Notes: generated by a model not told the origin, from the letters alone. Numbered from the stretch's first letter, positions 9,870 through 19,584 are shown. The stretch is 64,000 nt of DNA from Candidatus Latescibacterota bacterium (GCA_965200315.1 OZ241362.1:608001-672000), one strand, 5' to 3'. Made by a program: numbers and translations.

Positions 9870-10069
9870 CGATGCGTTGCTTGCGCGGCGCAGGGCGCAT
9901 GGTCCAAAGCTGCTTGCGTCACTTTAGGGTCTTCATCCCGATAATCGCATATAATTTGCGCCTTCCTTCAGCGGCGATCCGTATTTATGCGTCAATAAGA
10001 CAGACGCTCTGAGCATTGTCAACTCAATAGCGGGGTTCTCGCGCATGCGGAGGCGGTCACCTGCACCAA
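9870..10069. repeat. Diverged direct repeat, copy 1 (about 200 bp)
   Basis: Shares blocks CGATGCGTTGCTTGCG, TTCATCCCGATAA, AGCATTGTCAACTC, TTCTCGCGCATGC and CCTGCACCAA, in the same order, with 10761-10937. Confidence 0.8.
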
Positions 10070-10194
10070 CAAGCTACGACCGACGGGCTGTACCGTTGCA
10101 GAGTACGCCGGTCTTGGCTATTGTGGGGCTTGCGTCTGTAGGCGTTTCGTAGTTCGTACCTGTTTGGACCTGTTCAAGAAATGGAGTTTTCTTT

Positions 10195-10440
10195 ATGGAC
10201 TACAGAGTACCCCTCGTCCTGACGCCACAGCCTGAAGGCGGATACACGGTGACCTCTCCTGTGTTCCCAGAATTGATAACAGAAGGGGATTCTATCGATG
10301 AGGCATTGAGAAACGTCGCCGATGCGTTTGCTGCCGTTATTGAGCTATATGAAGACCTAGGACGCTCACTCCCTCAGAATACCCAGATTCTCGATGCAAA
10401 TGGCCCCGTGTGGTTGGAAACGGTGGTATCCACCTCGTGA
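10195..10440 (+). CDS. hicB: HicB family antitoxin
   Basis: EGGYTVTSPVFPELITEGDSIDEAL..VADA motif. Confidence 0.88.
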   Translation: MDYRVPLVLTPQPEGGYTVTSPVFPELITEGDSIDEALRNVADAFAAVIELYEDLGRSLPQNTQILDANGPVWLETVVSTS

Positions 10441-10649
10441 AATATCGCGAAGTGGTGAGGAAACTATCAGTCTTGGGGTGTCGAGAACGTGTGCGTAAAG
10501 GGGGCGGTTCCCATCGGAAATGGATTGATCCTATTTCTCAACAAGCCACTGTTATTCCAGATTGGGGCAATCGCGATCTGAAATTGGGAACGATTCGCGC
10601 TGCGGTTCGACAATTGGGAATCGATTGGCAACGCTTCTTAGATGCCTAG
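10437..10649 (+). CDS. hicA: HicA family toxin
   Basis: GTGA overlap with hicB; GGSHRKW and DLKLGTIRAA motifs. Confidence 0.88.
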   Translation: MKYREVVRKLSVLGCRERVRKGGGSHRKWIDPISQQATVIPDWGNRDLKLGTIRAAVRQLGIDWQRFLDA

Positions 10650-10686
10650 CAGCTTGTTGAAGGTTCTGTCCTAGCCTCTTTGATCC

Positions 10687-10773
10687 TCAGATCCCCTCTT
10701 GGGCGACGAGGTGCCGCTCCAGCCGATCAGTCAGCCCCATCAGCTCAGCGACCTTGGCGACGATGCGTTGCTT
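10687..10773 (-). pseudogene. hsdS: Type I RM specificity subunit (HsdS) conserved-helix remnant
   Basis: Manual translation KQRIVAKVAELMGLTDRLERHL resembles the HsdS motif EQxRIVAKVDELMALCDxLE. Confidence 0.65.
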
Positions 10774-10937
10774 GCGTGACACATCCAAATCCGCTTGCAT
10801 CATTTTAGGTATTCATCCCGATAACCAGCGGTTGGCCAAGAAGAGAAATTTTGCCTCGCGCTTGGAAATAGCACGGGTTCCAAGCATTGTCAACTCGACA
10901 GCGGGATTCTCGCGCATGCCGAGGTCGCCTGCACCAA
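10761..10937. repeat. Diverged direct repeat, copy 2
   Basis: See copy 1. Contains minus-strand TTGACA-17bp-TATTTC and a CTTGGAA/TTCCAAG inverted repeat (10861-10884). Confidence 0.8.
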
Positions 10938-10945
10938 TGTTCGCC

Positions 10946-10974
10946 TTGACATTGGAATATAAATACTATACTTT
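10946..10974 (+). promoter_or_regulatory. Sigma70-type promoter for the DUF5131 gene
   Basis: TTGACA (10946-10951), 17-bp spacer, TACTTT (10969-10974). Confidence 0.6.
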
Positions 10975-11007
10975 TGTTCAGTTATTTTATTCAAACAGGG
11001 GATTCCC

Positions 11008-12141
11008 ATGGCTCGCAAAAGCACCATCGAGTGGACCAACAGCACTTGGAACCCAGTTACCGGCTGCACAAAGGTTAGTGCCGGTTGCGACCATTGCTAT
11101 GCCGAGCGCCTTTCCGAGCGTTTCCGAGGCGTCGAAGGGCATCCTTTCGAGACCGGCTTTGACCTGACCCTACGCCCCAAGCGTCTCGAACAGCCCATGC
11201 ACTGGCGGCGTCCACAGCTCATCTTCGTCAATTCGATGAGCGATCTCTTCCACAGAGACATTCCCACCGAGTACATCGAGCGCGTATTCGACACGATGGA
11301 GCGCACCGATTGGCACATTTACCAAGTGCTTACCAAGCGGAGTTCGTTGATGCGCCGTTTCGTCCAGGGGCACTACCGGGGTCAAGCCGCTCCCCCGCAT
11401 ATCTGGCTCGGCGTGTCCGTCGAAAACCACGCGGCCTTGACGCGCCTCCGGCATCTGCAACAGACCAACGCCTCCGTCCGCTTCGTTTCCTTCGAGCCGT
11501 TGCTCGGTTCAATAGACGAGGTGGACTTGGAGGATATTCATTGGGTAATCGCCGGGGGTGAAAGCGGGCCGCGAGCACGGCCGGTGCGAGCAGAATGGGT
11601 ACGAGCCTTGCGCGACCAGTGTCAGGCTCAGCGCGTCGCCTTTTTCTTCAAGCAATGGGGCGGGCGCACACCTAAATCAGGCGGGAATACGCTCGATGGA
11701 CGCCAGTGGCTGGAGTATCCAGAAGTGGAGACCGGTCAGCAGCTTGGCAGGCCATTACAAGCTATCGGTGCGCCAGCCGATGCTGAAAATGAGCCGCAGG
11801 ATGTCGGCCCTTGGGCACGAGAGAAGCTAGAGTGCCTGCGCAAATATCTCCATGCCTACACAACCATTCTCAGTAAGCAGCCGAGGTTCAAGGGCTACTT
11901 CTACATCGATGCCTTTGCGGGACCGGGAACGCTTAAAATCCGCCGACAACAAACGGGCGATCCCGACCAGAAATTACTGCTTACTGTTTACTCATCGCAT
12001 ATAACCTCCGTTATCGTTCCGTTCTTCATCGCTGTTCTCAATGCTTTATTGTCGAGGACCAGCATCACACTGGCAAGTTTGCGAAAAGCCTGCAACTCGG
12101 CCCGTTGGATATTGGCCCGATCACCTTTAGCGAATCCATAA
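11008..12141 (+). CDS. DUF5131 (phage Gp37/Gp68 family) fused in frame to a truncated three-Cys-motif partner (TcmP) N-terminus
   Basis: IEWT..TWNPVTGCTKVSAGCDHCYAE, NSMSDLFH, GGESG, FFFKQWGG; then VGPWAREKL..YL.AY..YIDAFAGPG. After about 11985 the ORF reads antisense to a toxin gene. Confidence 0.85.
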   Translation: MARKSTIEWTNSTWNPVTGCTKVSAGCDHCYAERLSERFRGVEGHPFETGFDLTLRPKRLEQPMHWRRPQLIFVNSMSDLFHRDIPTEYIERVFDTMERTDWHIYQVLTKRSSLMRRFVQGHYRGQAAPPHIWLGVSVENHAALTRLRHLQQTNASVRFVSFEPLLGSIDEVDLEDIHWVIAGGESGPRARPVRAEWVRALRDQCQAQRVAFFFKQWGGRTPKSGGNTLDGRQWLEYPEVETGQQLGRPLQAIGAPADAENEPQDVGPWAREKLECLRKYLHAYTTILSKQPRFKGYFYIDAFAGPGTLKIRRQQTGDPDQKLLLTVYSSHITSVIVPFFIAVLNALLSRTSITLASLRKACNSARWILARSPLANP

Positions 12142-12299
12142 ACGAAAAACGCCCTTTCGGCCATCCGGAAGAGCACAATGCTTCGGTATCCACCTGACTT
12201 GCCCTGCCCTTTCCGTGCCAGCCGCTGCTTGATTACGCCGCCGAAATCAGCATCGACGAGCCCCTTCTCGGCCTGCCAAACCGCTTTGCAAAGTATGGA
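11988..12299 (-). pseudogene. RelE/ParE-like toxin (DUF1044 type), N-terminus missing
   Basis: LCKAVWQAEKGLVDADFGGVIKQRLARKGQGKSGGYRSI..FFVYGFAK; an in-frame stop lies just upstream and there is no start codon. Confidence 0.8.
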
Positions 12300-12339
12300 T
12301 TAGGTTGATCGCACCTTGGGGCATCTCGCCGCGTGAGCT

Positions 12340-12753
12340 TTAACGCACTTTCGCCAATGCCCGCAAAACCGCTTGAGGCTCGCGAGCTACCACATACAGC
12401 AGCACCCGTGCTGGTCCTTGAGGCGTCCGATCTCCTCGCTCCCAGTGCCGCAGGGTGTTGAGGCTAATACCGAACGCGGCTGCAAAGGCCGTTTGCGTCA
12501 TCCCCACTTGCTCCCGAATGGCTTTTACATCCATGGTTCTCGGACCTGCCGCGTACTCGAGCATTTCAGTCAATCCTTGTTTGATACTCGCTAGCTGGTT
12601 CGCATTTTTGGCCCGAGTGATTACATCCAACGCATGGGCTATAAAAGCGGGATCATCTCCAGCTTCTTCAAGACTGGCTTCTAAGTATAATTGTATATCT
12701 TCTTCCGTTTTGAGGTACTCTGCTGAATCCCAGCGAGTAGTATTAATGGTCAT
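12340..12753 (-). CDS. Chimeric antitoxin: addiction-module antidote N-terminus plus HigA-like XRE HTH
   Basis: WDSAEYLKTEEDI..YL..GDDPAFIAHAL, then DVKAIREQVGMTQ..FG..TLRHWERG.RTPQGPA. Confidence 0.75.
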   Translation of the reverse strand: MTINTTRWDSAEYLKTEEDIQLYLEASLEEAGDDPAFIAHALDVITRAKNANQLASIKQGLTEMLEYAAGPRTMDVKAIREQVGMTQTAFAAAFGISLNTLRHWERGDRTPQGPARVLLYVVAREPQAVLRALAKVR

Positions 12754-12756
12754 AAC

Positions 12757-12801
12757 TCAATTCTCCAGTTGCTTGGCCATCTCTTTGGCTTTGACAATAT
12801 C
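12757..12801 (-). pseudogene. C-terminal remnant of an addiction-module killer (HigB-like) toxin
   Basis: DIVKAKEMAKQLEN* ends a few bases before the antidote ATG. Confidence 0.5.
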
Positions 12802-12899
12802 AACGAGACCAGGGCATGTTAGAACCGTCAGTACGCGCCCATAGCTTCCGAGGCCGATGACTTCCTCCCATGCGGTGATTGACCTTCGGCCCCCCAACC

Positions 12900-13000
12900 A
12901 AGTCGTGAGATCGGCCTCTTCCCGTCAAATGGAATTTGGTCTAAATGGCCGTCAATAAAGTAATGACCGAGTTCGTGGACAACGGCAAAGCAGGCACCTT
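12900..13000 (-). pseudogene. ImmA/IrrE metallopeptidase remnant
   Basis: Manual translation FAVVHELGHYFIDGHLDQI (HExxH). Boundaries approximate. Confidence 0.55.
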
Positions 13001-13317
13001 GCCTATCCGCTCGTATCTCTCGTATCTTGAAAAATTCTTAGATGAGTACCGGCTGAAACGGCACTTTATTTTTTTTCCAAATCCTTCAAAGACATCTCAT
13101 CAATTTGCTGAGATTTCAATACGTATCCTTTGAATTCTTTTTTGAATTTTAGGAATTTACTATTTGGTATTTGTTCTGTATTGCTCATGCATCCTTTATA
13201 TTTTTCTTGTATATTGTATATCTTTTCGTTCGCCAAATCATCTGAATACTGAGCGATACGCTTCTCAAGAAAGTCTGCCTCCCTAATCCAATCTCCCCAA
13301 ATTGCTACTGATGACTG

Positions 13318-14181
13318 GTGTTGTGCTACTTTATGTGTCCACTTAAATATAGTGCTATCTTAGAGCAAATCCGTTGGGGCAATGATCCCTTTTGCCCACT
13401 ATACGGCGACCATGATGTAGCCCAAAAGGCCGAGAATCACCGCGTAGGCCGGTGGAATTGCCACGGCTGCAAATCCTCTTTTAATGTCCTGTCTGGGACC
13501 ATTTTTCAAAAGACGAAAATCCCCCTGCAAAAGTGGTTTTTGGCAATCTCTCTAATGGCCAACGCCAAAAAGAGCTTGTCGAGCTACCAGTTGGCCCACG
13601 ATCTGGAACTTAACCAGAAAGCCGCGTGGTTTATGCAGCAGCGCATCCGCGCCGCTATGGCATCCGACGAAGGGGCCTTGCTGCAAGGCATCATAGAGGC
13701 GGACGAAACCTACGTCGGGGGCCGCGCTCGTTCCCGCACGTCCAACAGGGGCAAAGGTCGCGGTCGCGGCTCTGGTAAAACGTCCGTAGTTGGAGCCGTC
13801 CAGCGCGAGGGCGAAGTCAAGGCCACTGTTACGGACGATACCAAAGGCCGGACCGTCTTAGGCTTTATCGAGCAGTCCGTTGACGTGTCTGAATCCTCGC
13901 TAATCACCGACGAGTACAAAGCCTACACCAACGCCTATAAGTTGATGCCGCACCGCACCGTCAACCACAGCGCCGAGGAATACGTTGACGCCAGCGACAA
14001 GACCCTACACACCAATACCATTGAAGGCTTTTGGTCGTTGCTCAAACGCGCTTGGTACGGCTCGCACCACAAGTACACGAAAGGCTGGTCGCCTTTGTTC
14101 GTCGCGGAAGCGGTCTGGAAGTACAACCACCGCAAAGACGCCGACGCCTTCAACGGTTTCCTCAAGGCGTGTTTCGTCTAG
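13318..14181 (+). mobile_element. IS1595 family (ISXO2-like) transposase, N-terminus possibly degenerate
   Basis: Zn-ribbon CHGC, IEADETYVGG, ITDEYKAY, VNHS, HTNTIEGFWSLLKR. Confidence 0.92.
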
Positions 14182-15568
14182 TCTGTCGCTCTAGCTCCGC
14201 AATTAACCACTCCATAGGCCGGTCGCCCTTCAAGCTGTTGCAAGCCCCGCAGAGTAGTTGAAGGTTGTCGGGGTGGTCTGTACCGCCTTTGGAGCGCGGT
14301 ACGATGTGGTCGATATGGAAGCTGTGGAATGGGAAGGCGAACCGGCAGCCGGTGCAGTGGCCTTTCTGCTTGCCGAATAGGGTTTGCCGGTGCGTCCTAT
14401 ACGGCACTAGCTTACCTTGATCGGTGCGACGCGGTTGATCGGTGCGGTGCGTTATGCGAAATAGGCCCCCAATTTCGCGTTCTTTTACCGCTCGCAATTG
14501 CACCAGCTCTGCTGCTTTTTCGCTTAGGTCAATCCCTACCCATTCACGGCCCCGCAATTCAGCCGCTACCAGTGTTGTAGCGCAGCCACAGAAGGGATCT
14601 ATCACCAGCATTGCTGCTAGCCTGAATAATCCAGTCCAATAAAGCGCGTGGTTTTTGAGTTGGATACCCTACCCACTCTTTGCCCTTGTTATAGTTAGTG
14701 AATCCTATCGGGTTTAATATCAGGCTTTGAGGCGGGTTGCCTTTATCTGAGGCTGCGTATCTCTTTAGGCCGGGCCATTTCCCTGTTGTTGGATGGTGGA
14801 TTAATCCAGCCGCATCTAGGGCGTCTAGACGCTCTTGGACACCTTTAATACTGCGATAGTTTGGGATAAAGTGCTGTTCGATGTACTCCGCATACGCACC
14901 CGTCTTAGGAGGTGACCAACAACGGCCTCGCGCGTACATATCATAGCCATTCCAAGGCTGGGTACTGGGCCGGATATGCCTTCTTAATTTCCTCGGTAGA
15001 CTTGGGCGTTGCGATAGCCGCACCGTTCCATGTCCAATTATCGCTATTGGTATAGAATAGGATGTGATCTAAGTTGCGGCCGTACCGCTTAGAATCGTTA
15101 TGAGCGGTTGCCCTTCGCCAGACGATATGATTACGAAATCGTCCTGTTCTAAACACAGCATCACATGTCAGCTTGAGATAGTGAACGACAATATCATCGC
15201 AATGCACGTACAGACTGCCCGTATCCTTGAGAACGCGCCGCATCTCTAGCAGCCGCGCCGCCATCATAATCAAGTACGATTTCATGCTCTTACCGTGCGC
15301 GGTGCTGGCGGCATCAATGACGGAATACAGGGCCGGTTCCGTCTCGGCTATAAGGCCGTGTAGAGCCTCGTCCACATCGTCCAGTGTCCAAGTATCCTTA
15401 GAACGCCGCGCCCGCAGCCTCAGAGCCTATCGGAGCCGAATAGGTGCGATTAGAGTTGAACGGTGGGTCGCAGTAAATCAGATCAACGCAAGCGGAGTTC
15501 ATTCCCCGCATAATGTCGGGTTTATCGCCCGTCCATATCGTCCGATTCTTCCAGTTAGGCGCACTCAT
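14162..15568 (-). pseudogene. Beta-class N6A/N4C DNA methyltransferase fused to a C-terminal HNH nuclease, frameshifted
   Basis: Start 15568: NWKNRTIWTGD..VDLIYCDPPFNS; then RVLKDTGSLYVHCD; YPTQKP; DPFCGCATT; HIDHIVPRSKGG..NLQLLCGACN. Spread over four reading segments, with breaks near 15400, 14970 and 14605. Confidence 0.88.
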
Positions 15569-15810
15569 TAGGAGCCGTACTCCGTCCTATGGGCATCGCA
15601 CCACCGGCATCCTTCAAGGGAAATCCAGCCGTACGAGTGGCCCGTCATGAAACAACTGTGCCACTTGTGCTTACCTCTACGGCACAAGAGTAGTCGCGGA
15701 ATCCACAACCAGAAGGGCCGGACTCGACGTTTGAGCCGAGGCCATACACGCCAAGGCTTGACAGTCCAAAGCGCAGACAGTATCGTGCATGCAGCTATAG
15801 CTAGTTCCAT
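15568..15810 (-). CDS. Small hypothetical protein, coupled to the MTase-HNH gene
   Basis: GGAGG RBS; TAATG stop/start overlap; hydrophobic N-terminus and C/H cluster. Confidence 0.5.
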   Translation of the reverse strand: MELAIAACTILSALWTVKPWRVWPRLKRRVRPFWLWIPRLLLCRRGKHKWHSCFMTGHSYGWISLEGCRWCDAHRTEYGS

Positions 15811-15869
15811 CTTTTTCCTCCTACGGTTATCAGCACCGTGCCATTAATGTAACCGTTATTACTTATCTG

Positions 15870-16256
15870 TTAAGCCCCTAAAGACTTATTGCCTTCTTTA
15901 AAGTCCGACTGGCCCGTGCGGTCGTGGAACAGAAAGGCGGCGCCATTGGACGAAAACACAAACGGCACGTCGAGAGCTTTGGCATAGCCCAGTGCCTGCT
16001 GCATCCCGCCGCCGACCGGGTGGCTGTTGTCCTTGGCTTCGACCACGGCGAGCGGAAGGTTGGGTTGATAAAACAATAAATAGTCAGCGCGCTTCTTCTT
16101 ACCCCGCAAGCCCAGCTTGCCCCGCACAATGACCCGGCCCTCAGTAAAGGTGTATTCGCGGCGAATTTGCGTACTCTGATTCCACCCGGCCCCGATGATC
16201 GCCGGGGTGATGCAGGCGTCGCATATCTCCGCTTCGTTCAGGAGCTTCTTGTTCAT
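15870..16256 (-). pseudogene. hsdR: Type I restriction subunit HsdR (EcoAI/EcoEI-like), N-terminal fragment only
   Basis: ITPAI..AGW, GRVIVRGK, RADYLL, LAVVEAKDN, GMQQALGYA, FSSNG; ends at 128 aa, before any helicase domain. Confidence 0.88.
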
Positions 16257-16344
16257 CCCTAGGGCTCAAATCGCATAATCGTGTATAACGGAGTCGATAC
16301 AAATTCGGCTAAGCACCCCATTTTTGCAAAAGGGCCGTCCTCCC

Positions 16345-18492
16345 TCACCCCAAAACATACACCGGACTCGACCAAGCCATCTGCCCGTCGCACTGGATGG
16401 CCTTGACGAAATAAGCGGCCGGCCCCTCCCCCGGCGGCTGATCCACAGTCTCCAACGCCAACTCCAGCGCATCCACCCGCTCGGGATAGCGCCGCACCAC
16501 CAACTGCATGTCCAAGCCACCGTAGTCGAAGCGCAGCGGCTCGTGGCCCAGCCCCGCCAGCTCAACCTCGGTCGTCCCCGCCGCCGACTCAAACACCACG
16601 CGGCCGACCTGCCCATCGTCCAACACCAGCTCAATCCCGTCGCAATCGCCCGTGGTCTGCGATTGAAACGCCACGGCCTGCGGCTCTATCGCAGTGAGCC
16701 CGTCGGCCGCGGAGTCAAAGCTAACCGGGATCGCCTCCAAGATAGTCGCCTGCGTGGTGCGGATAACCCCAGACCAATCCACCCGCCGGCCGCGCCCGCG
16801 CATCCGCGAGCCAGACCACAGCAGGCGTACCCTGTTGGAATGCCCCAAATCCCGGAACTCAGGCGGCTGCACCTCGGAGAGCAACGTCCGACCGCGATAC
16901 ACTTGTAGCGCCTCCAGCGGTGCCGCCCCCACCACCCGAGCGCGAATATCCACCGAGTCCACATCTTGCACCACCGCCCCCATGAGCGCACCAGCTATCT
17001 GTACATCGAGCAGTATGCGCACACCAGTCGTGCCGTAACAGCGCCGACTGCATAGAGCCTCCCACACGCCCGCGCGCGACAACTCGCCAGCCAACACGCA
17101 AGTCAAACCACCGGCCATGCCAAACTCGCCGGCTCCCGGCCCTTCGGCCCCGGGCCGCCCCTTGTGGCCGTCGCTGTTGCACATGACCCCGACCACGTGG
17201 CCGCAGTCCAGCGCGTCGAACAGCATCCACTCGAACATGCCCCAGCCCGAGACGATCTCCACCAGATTGTGCGCTTGCGGGTCGAAATACGCCTTGACAT
17301 CGGCCCAGCGCCCGCCCACGTGCGAACCGATAATCACTTGGTCGCGCGGTACCAAGCGAGCGAGGCGGGCGAACAACACATCGGCCGGATGCGCCGGCGA
17401 CACCGCGTCTTCGGGCACGTGCGGGATCTGCCAGTGGCTGTTGCGCACAATGGGCAGCCCCTCGGCCAAGTAAAAGACGTTGCGATCCCCGCCGGCCGGC
17501 GAATTGGCCGACCACTCGTAGCCGGGAAAGACGACAAACTCGCCGTCCCGGTGAAAAGCCCGCACCGTCTCGTTGAGCCGCTGCCAGTCCTCGTCGTCAA
17601 CCTGAAAATCATTGCCCTGATGAGAGGCAAAATCCACCCGCGCCCAGTCGCGGGCAAAAGCGAAGTACTCCTCTTCAGTGCCCACGCCGACCGTGGCGTC
17701 GGATTGGGCGTGCAAATCCCCCCAGTAGCGACGCCACTGAGGCGCGGCCTCAGAAACAGCAACTGGATTGCTGTAACAGCGCAAGCCCCCGGCGGCCGCC
17801 ATCAGCCGTCCACGACCCGCAGCGCAAAAGGACACCGTACACCCCTCGACCACGACCTCCCCTTCCCCTTCCCAGCCCAGTTCAACCGGACCTGTTACCG
17901 CCATCGGATTGCCCCACCTATCCTGCCCTTTGACAAAGACTTCGACCGCTTCCCCCACCACCGCCTCGCTCGGCGCGATGCACATCAATTTTACGGCCTC
18001 ACCCGCGACAATGGGAAACTTGGGCGAATCCGCCACGGCCCGAGCTACCGACGCATTAGTCGGATCGACGAAAACTCGGAACTCGTGGGCCGACTCGACA
18101 AAGGTCTGCACCCGAATCCCCGGCGAGCCGCCGCTGCGCTCGCCTAATACCAAGGTCACGGTATCGCCGGGCGCGAGAAAGCCGTCGTACACATCAATCA
18201 CCACGCACCAGCGCATCCACGGCCGCTCGTGTCCCTTGGGGGCAAAGCGCGGCGCTAGCTTGGCCGCTCCATTGGTCTGCACCGTGCAATAAGCTGGCGC
18301 GGCTGGATCGCTGAACTGGGCCGGCTGCATGTCGCAGGCAAAGCGCTGGGCGATCTTAATGGTGCCGCGCTCGTCAATGCCCAAGCTGCCCACGGTCAGG
18401 GTCAAGGTCCATTGCTGATAGCTGCCGGCCACCACCGGCGCGCAAGGTTCCAGCATCACCGTCCCCAGCCGTTGTCGCCATTGCTGACTCAT
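16345..18492 (-). CDS. DUF3604 (PHP-like) domain protein
   Basis: YWGDLH, PGYEWS..GGDRNV, NSDGHKGRPG, RRCYGTTG, AWSSPV. Confidence 0.85.
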   Translation of the reverse strand: MSQQWRQRLGTVMLEPCAPVVAGSYQQWTLTLTVGSLGIDERGTIKIAQRFACDMQPAQFSDPAAPAYCTVQTNGAAKLAPRFAPKGHERPWMRWCVVIDVYDGFLAPGDTVTLVLGERSGGSPGIRVQTFVESAHEFRVFVDPTNASVARAVADSPKFPIVAGEAVKLMCIAPSEAVVGEAVEVFVKGQDRWGNPMAVTGPVELGWEGEGEVVVEGCTVSFCAAGRGRLMAAAGGLRCYSNPVAVSEAAPQWRRYWGDLHAQSDATVGVGTEEEYFAFARDWARVDFASHQGNDFQVDDEDWQRLNETVRAFHRDGEFVVFPGYEWSANSPAGGDRNVFYLAEGLPIVRNSHWQIPHVPEDAVSPAHPADVLFARLARLVPRDQVIIGSHVGGRWADVKAYFDPQAHNLVEIVSGWGMFEWMLFDALDCGHVVGVMCNSDGHKGRPGAEGPGAGEFGMAGGLTCVLAGELSRAGVWEALCSRRCYGTTGVRILLDVQIAGALMGAVVQDVDSVDIRARVVGAAPLEALQVYRGRTLLSEVQPPEFRDLGHSNRVRLLWSGSRMRGRGRRVDWSGVIRTTQATILEAIPVSFDSAADGLTAIEPQAVAFQSQTTGDCDGIELVLDDGQVGRVVFESAAGTTEVELAGLGHEPLRFDYGGLDMQLVVRRYPERVDALELALETVDQPPGEGPAAYFVKAIQCDGQMAWSSPVYVLG

Positions 18493-18627
18493 CTGCTAAA
18501 CTCCTGTATCTCCGCGTGGTCGAACCGTCCTCGTAAAAATTTCCGGCCGCTTTTCTCCACAGCCTCTTTTTTCGCTAACTTAATCGGCATTATAAATCGA
18601 AATCCGACCCCGAGAAAGGATCGCAGC

Positions 18628-19584
18628 GTGAAGGTAGTACTGAACTATGATATGGGGGAATCCTTCGCCGAAGAATTGCAGGCGGCGTTTCCCGAGCTGG
18701 ACTTTTGCCCGGCCTATGGCGAAGCAGAGCAGATGCAGGAGGTGGAAGATGCGGAGGTTGTGTTTGGGCTGATGAAGCGGCCTGTGTTTTTAGCGGCAAA
18801 AGAACTCAAGTGGTTCCACTTTGTCGGCATCGGCTTCGACCCGATTGCACGCGAAATACCGGAATTTCGCACGGGTGAGGTGGTGATGACCAATGCGCGC
18901 CAGACGCATGTCGTGCCCATGGCCGACCACGTCTTCGCCGCCATACTCGCGTACGCCCACCGGCTCCCCGAACTGCTCGAAGATCAGCGCAACCACCAGT
19001 GGAATACCAAACGCTATGTGCGGCGCATCATCGAATTGGCCGGGACCAAGATGGGGGTGCTGGCGATGGGAGACATTGGCCGTGGAGTGGCCACGCGGGC
19101 CGCCGCCTTTGGAATCGAGGTGTACGCGGTGGATATCCTGCCGCTGGAACCGCCGCCGGGGGTGTGCGCGGTGTGGCCGGTCGATCGGTTGGACGAGATG
19201 CTGGCGATGATCGACTGGCTGGTGGTGACGGCCCCGCGAACCGAGGCGACGGCTGGAATGCTCAATCGGCAGCGGCTTGCCCTGCTCAAACAAGGAGCGT
19301 TTGTGGTGGTCGTCTCACGCGGGGGCATCGTCGATGAGGAAGCGCTGGCCGAGGGCTTGCACACAGGCCGCATCGGCGGGGCCGCACTCGACGCGACCGC
19401 GGTCGAGCCGCTGCCGCCCGACAGCCCGCTGTGGGACGCGCCCAACATGCTGATCTCGCCGCACACCTCGGCCGAGTCCGTGCAACTGATCGAGCGCCGC
19501 AAGGCCATCTTCGTGGAAAATCTGCGCCGCTATCGGGCCGGCGAAACCCTATTGAACGTATGCGACCTAGACAAGGGATACTAA
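18628..19584 (+). CDS. D-2-hydroxyacid dehydrogenase
   Basis: GDIG, SRGGIVDEEAL, GAALD..EPLP, ISPHTS. GTG start after AAAGGA. Confidence 0.9.
   Translation: MKVVLNYDMGESFAEELQAAFPELDFCPAYGEAEQMQEVEDAEVVFGLMKRPVFLAAKELKWFHFVGIGFDPIAREIPEFRTGEVVMTNARQTHVVPMADHVFAAILAYAHRLPELLEDQRNHQWNTKRYVRRIIELAGTKMGVLAMGDIGRGVATRAAAFGIEVYAVDILPLEPPPGVCAVWPVDRLDEMLAMIDWLVVTAPRTEATAGMLNRQRLALLKQGAFVVVVSRGGIVDEEALAEGLHTGRIGGAALDATAVEPLPPDSPLWDAPNMLISPHTSAESVQLIERRKAIFVENLRRYRAGETLLNVCDLDKGY

Noticed and set aside
11008-11720. Prophage, suggested by the 'phage Gp37/Gp68' family name
   Set aside because: No structural, terminase or integrase genes; DUF5131 is common in non-phage islands.
13075-13310. AT-rich minus-strand open stretch next to IS1595
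   Set aside because: No start codon or recognisable motif; cannot be assigned.
17164-18147. Long antisense or alternative-frame ORFs (also 5408-6238, 26700-27749, 31838-32764, 40883-41821, 42416-43375, 48478-49536)
   Set aside because: Shadows of well-supported genes in GC-rich DNA, with no recognisable motifs.
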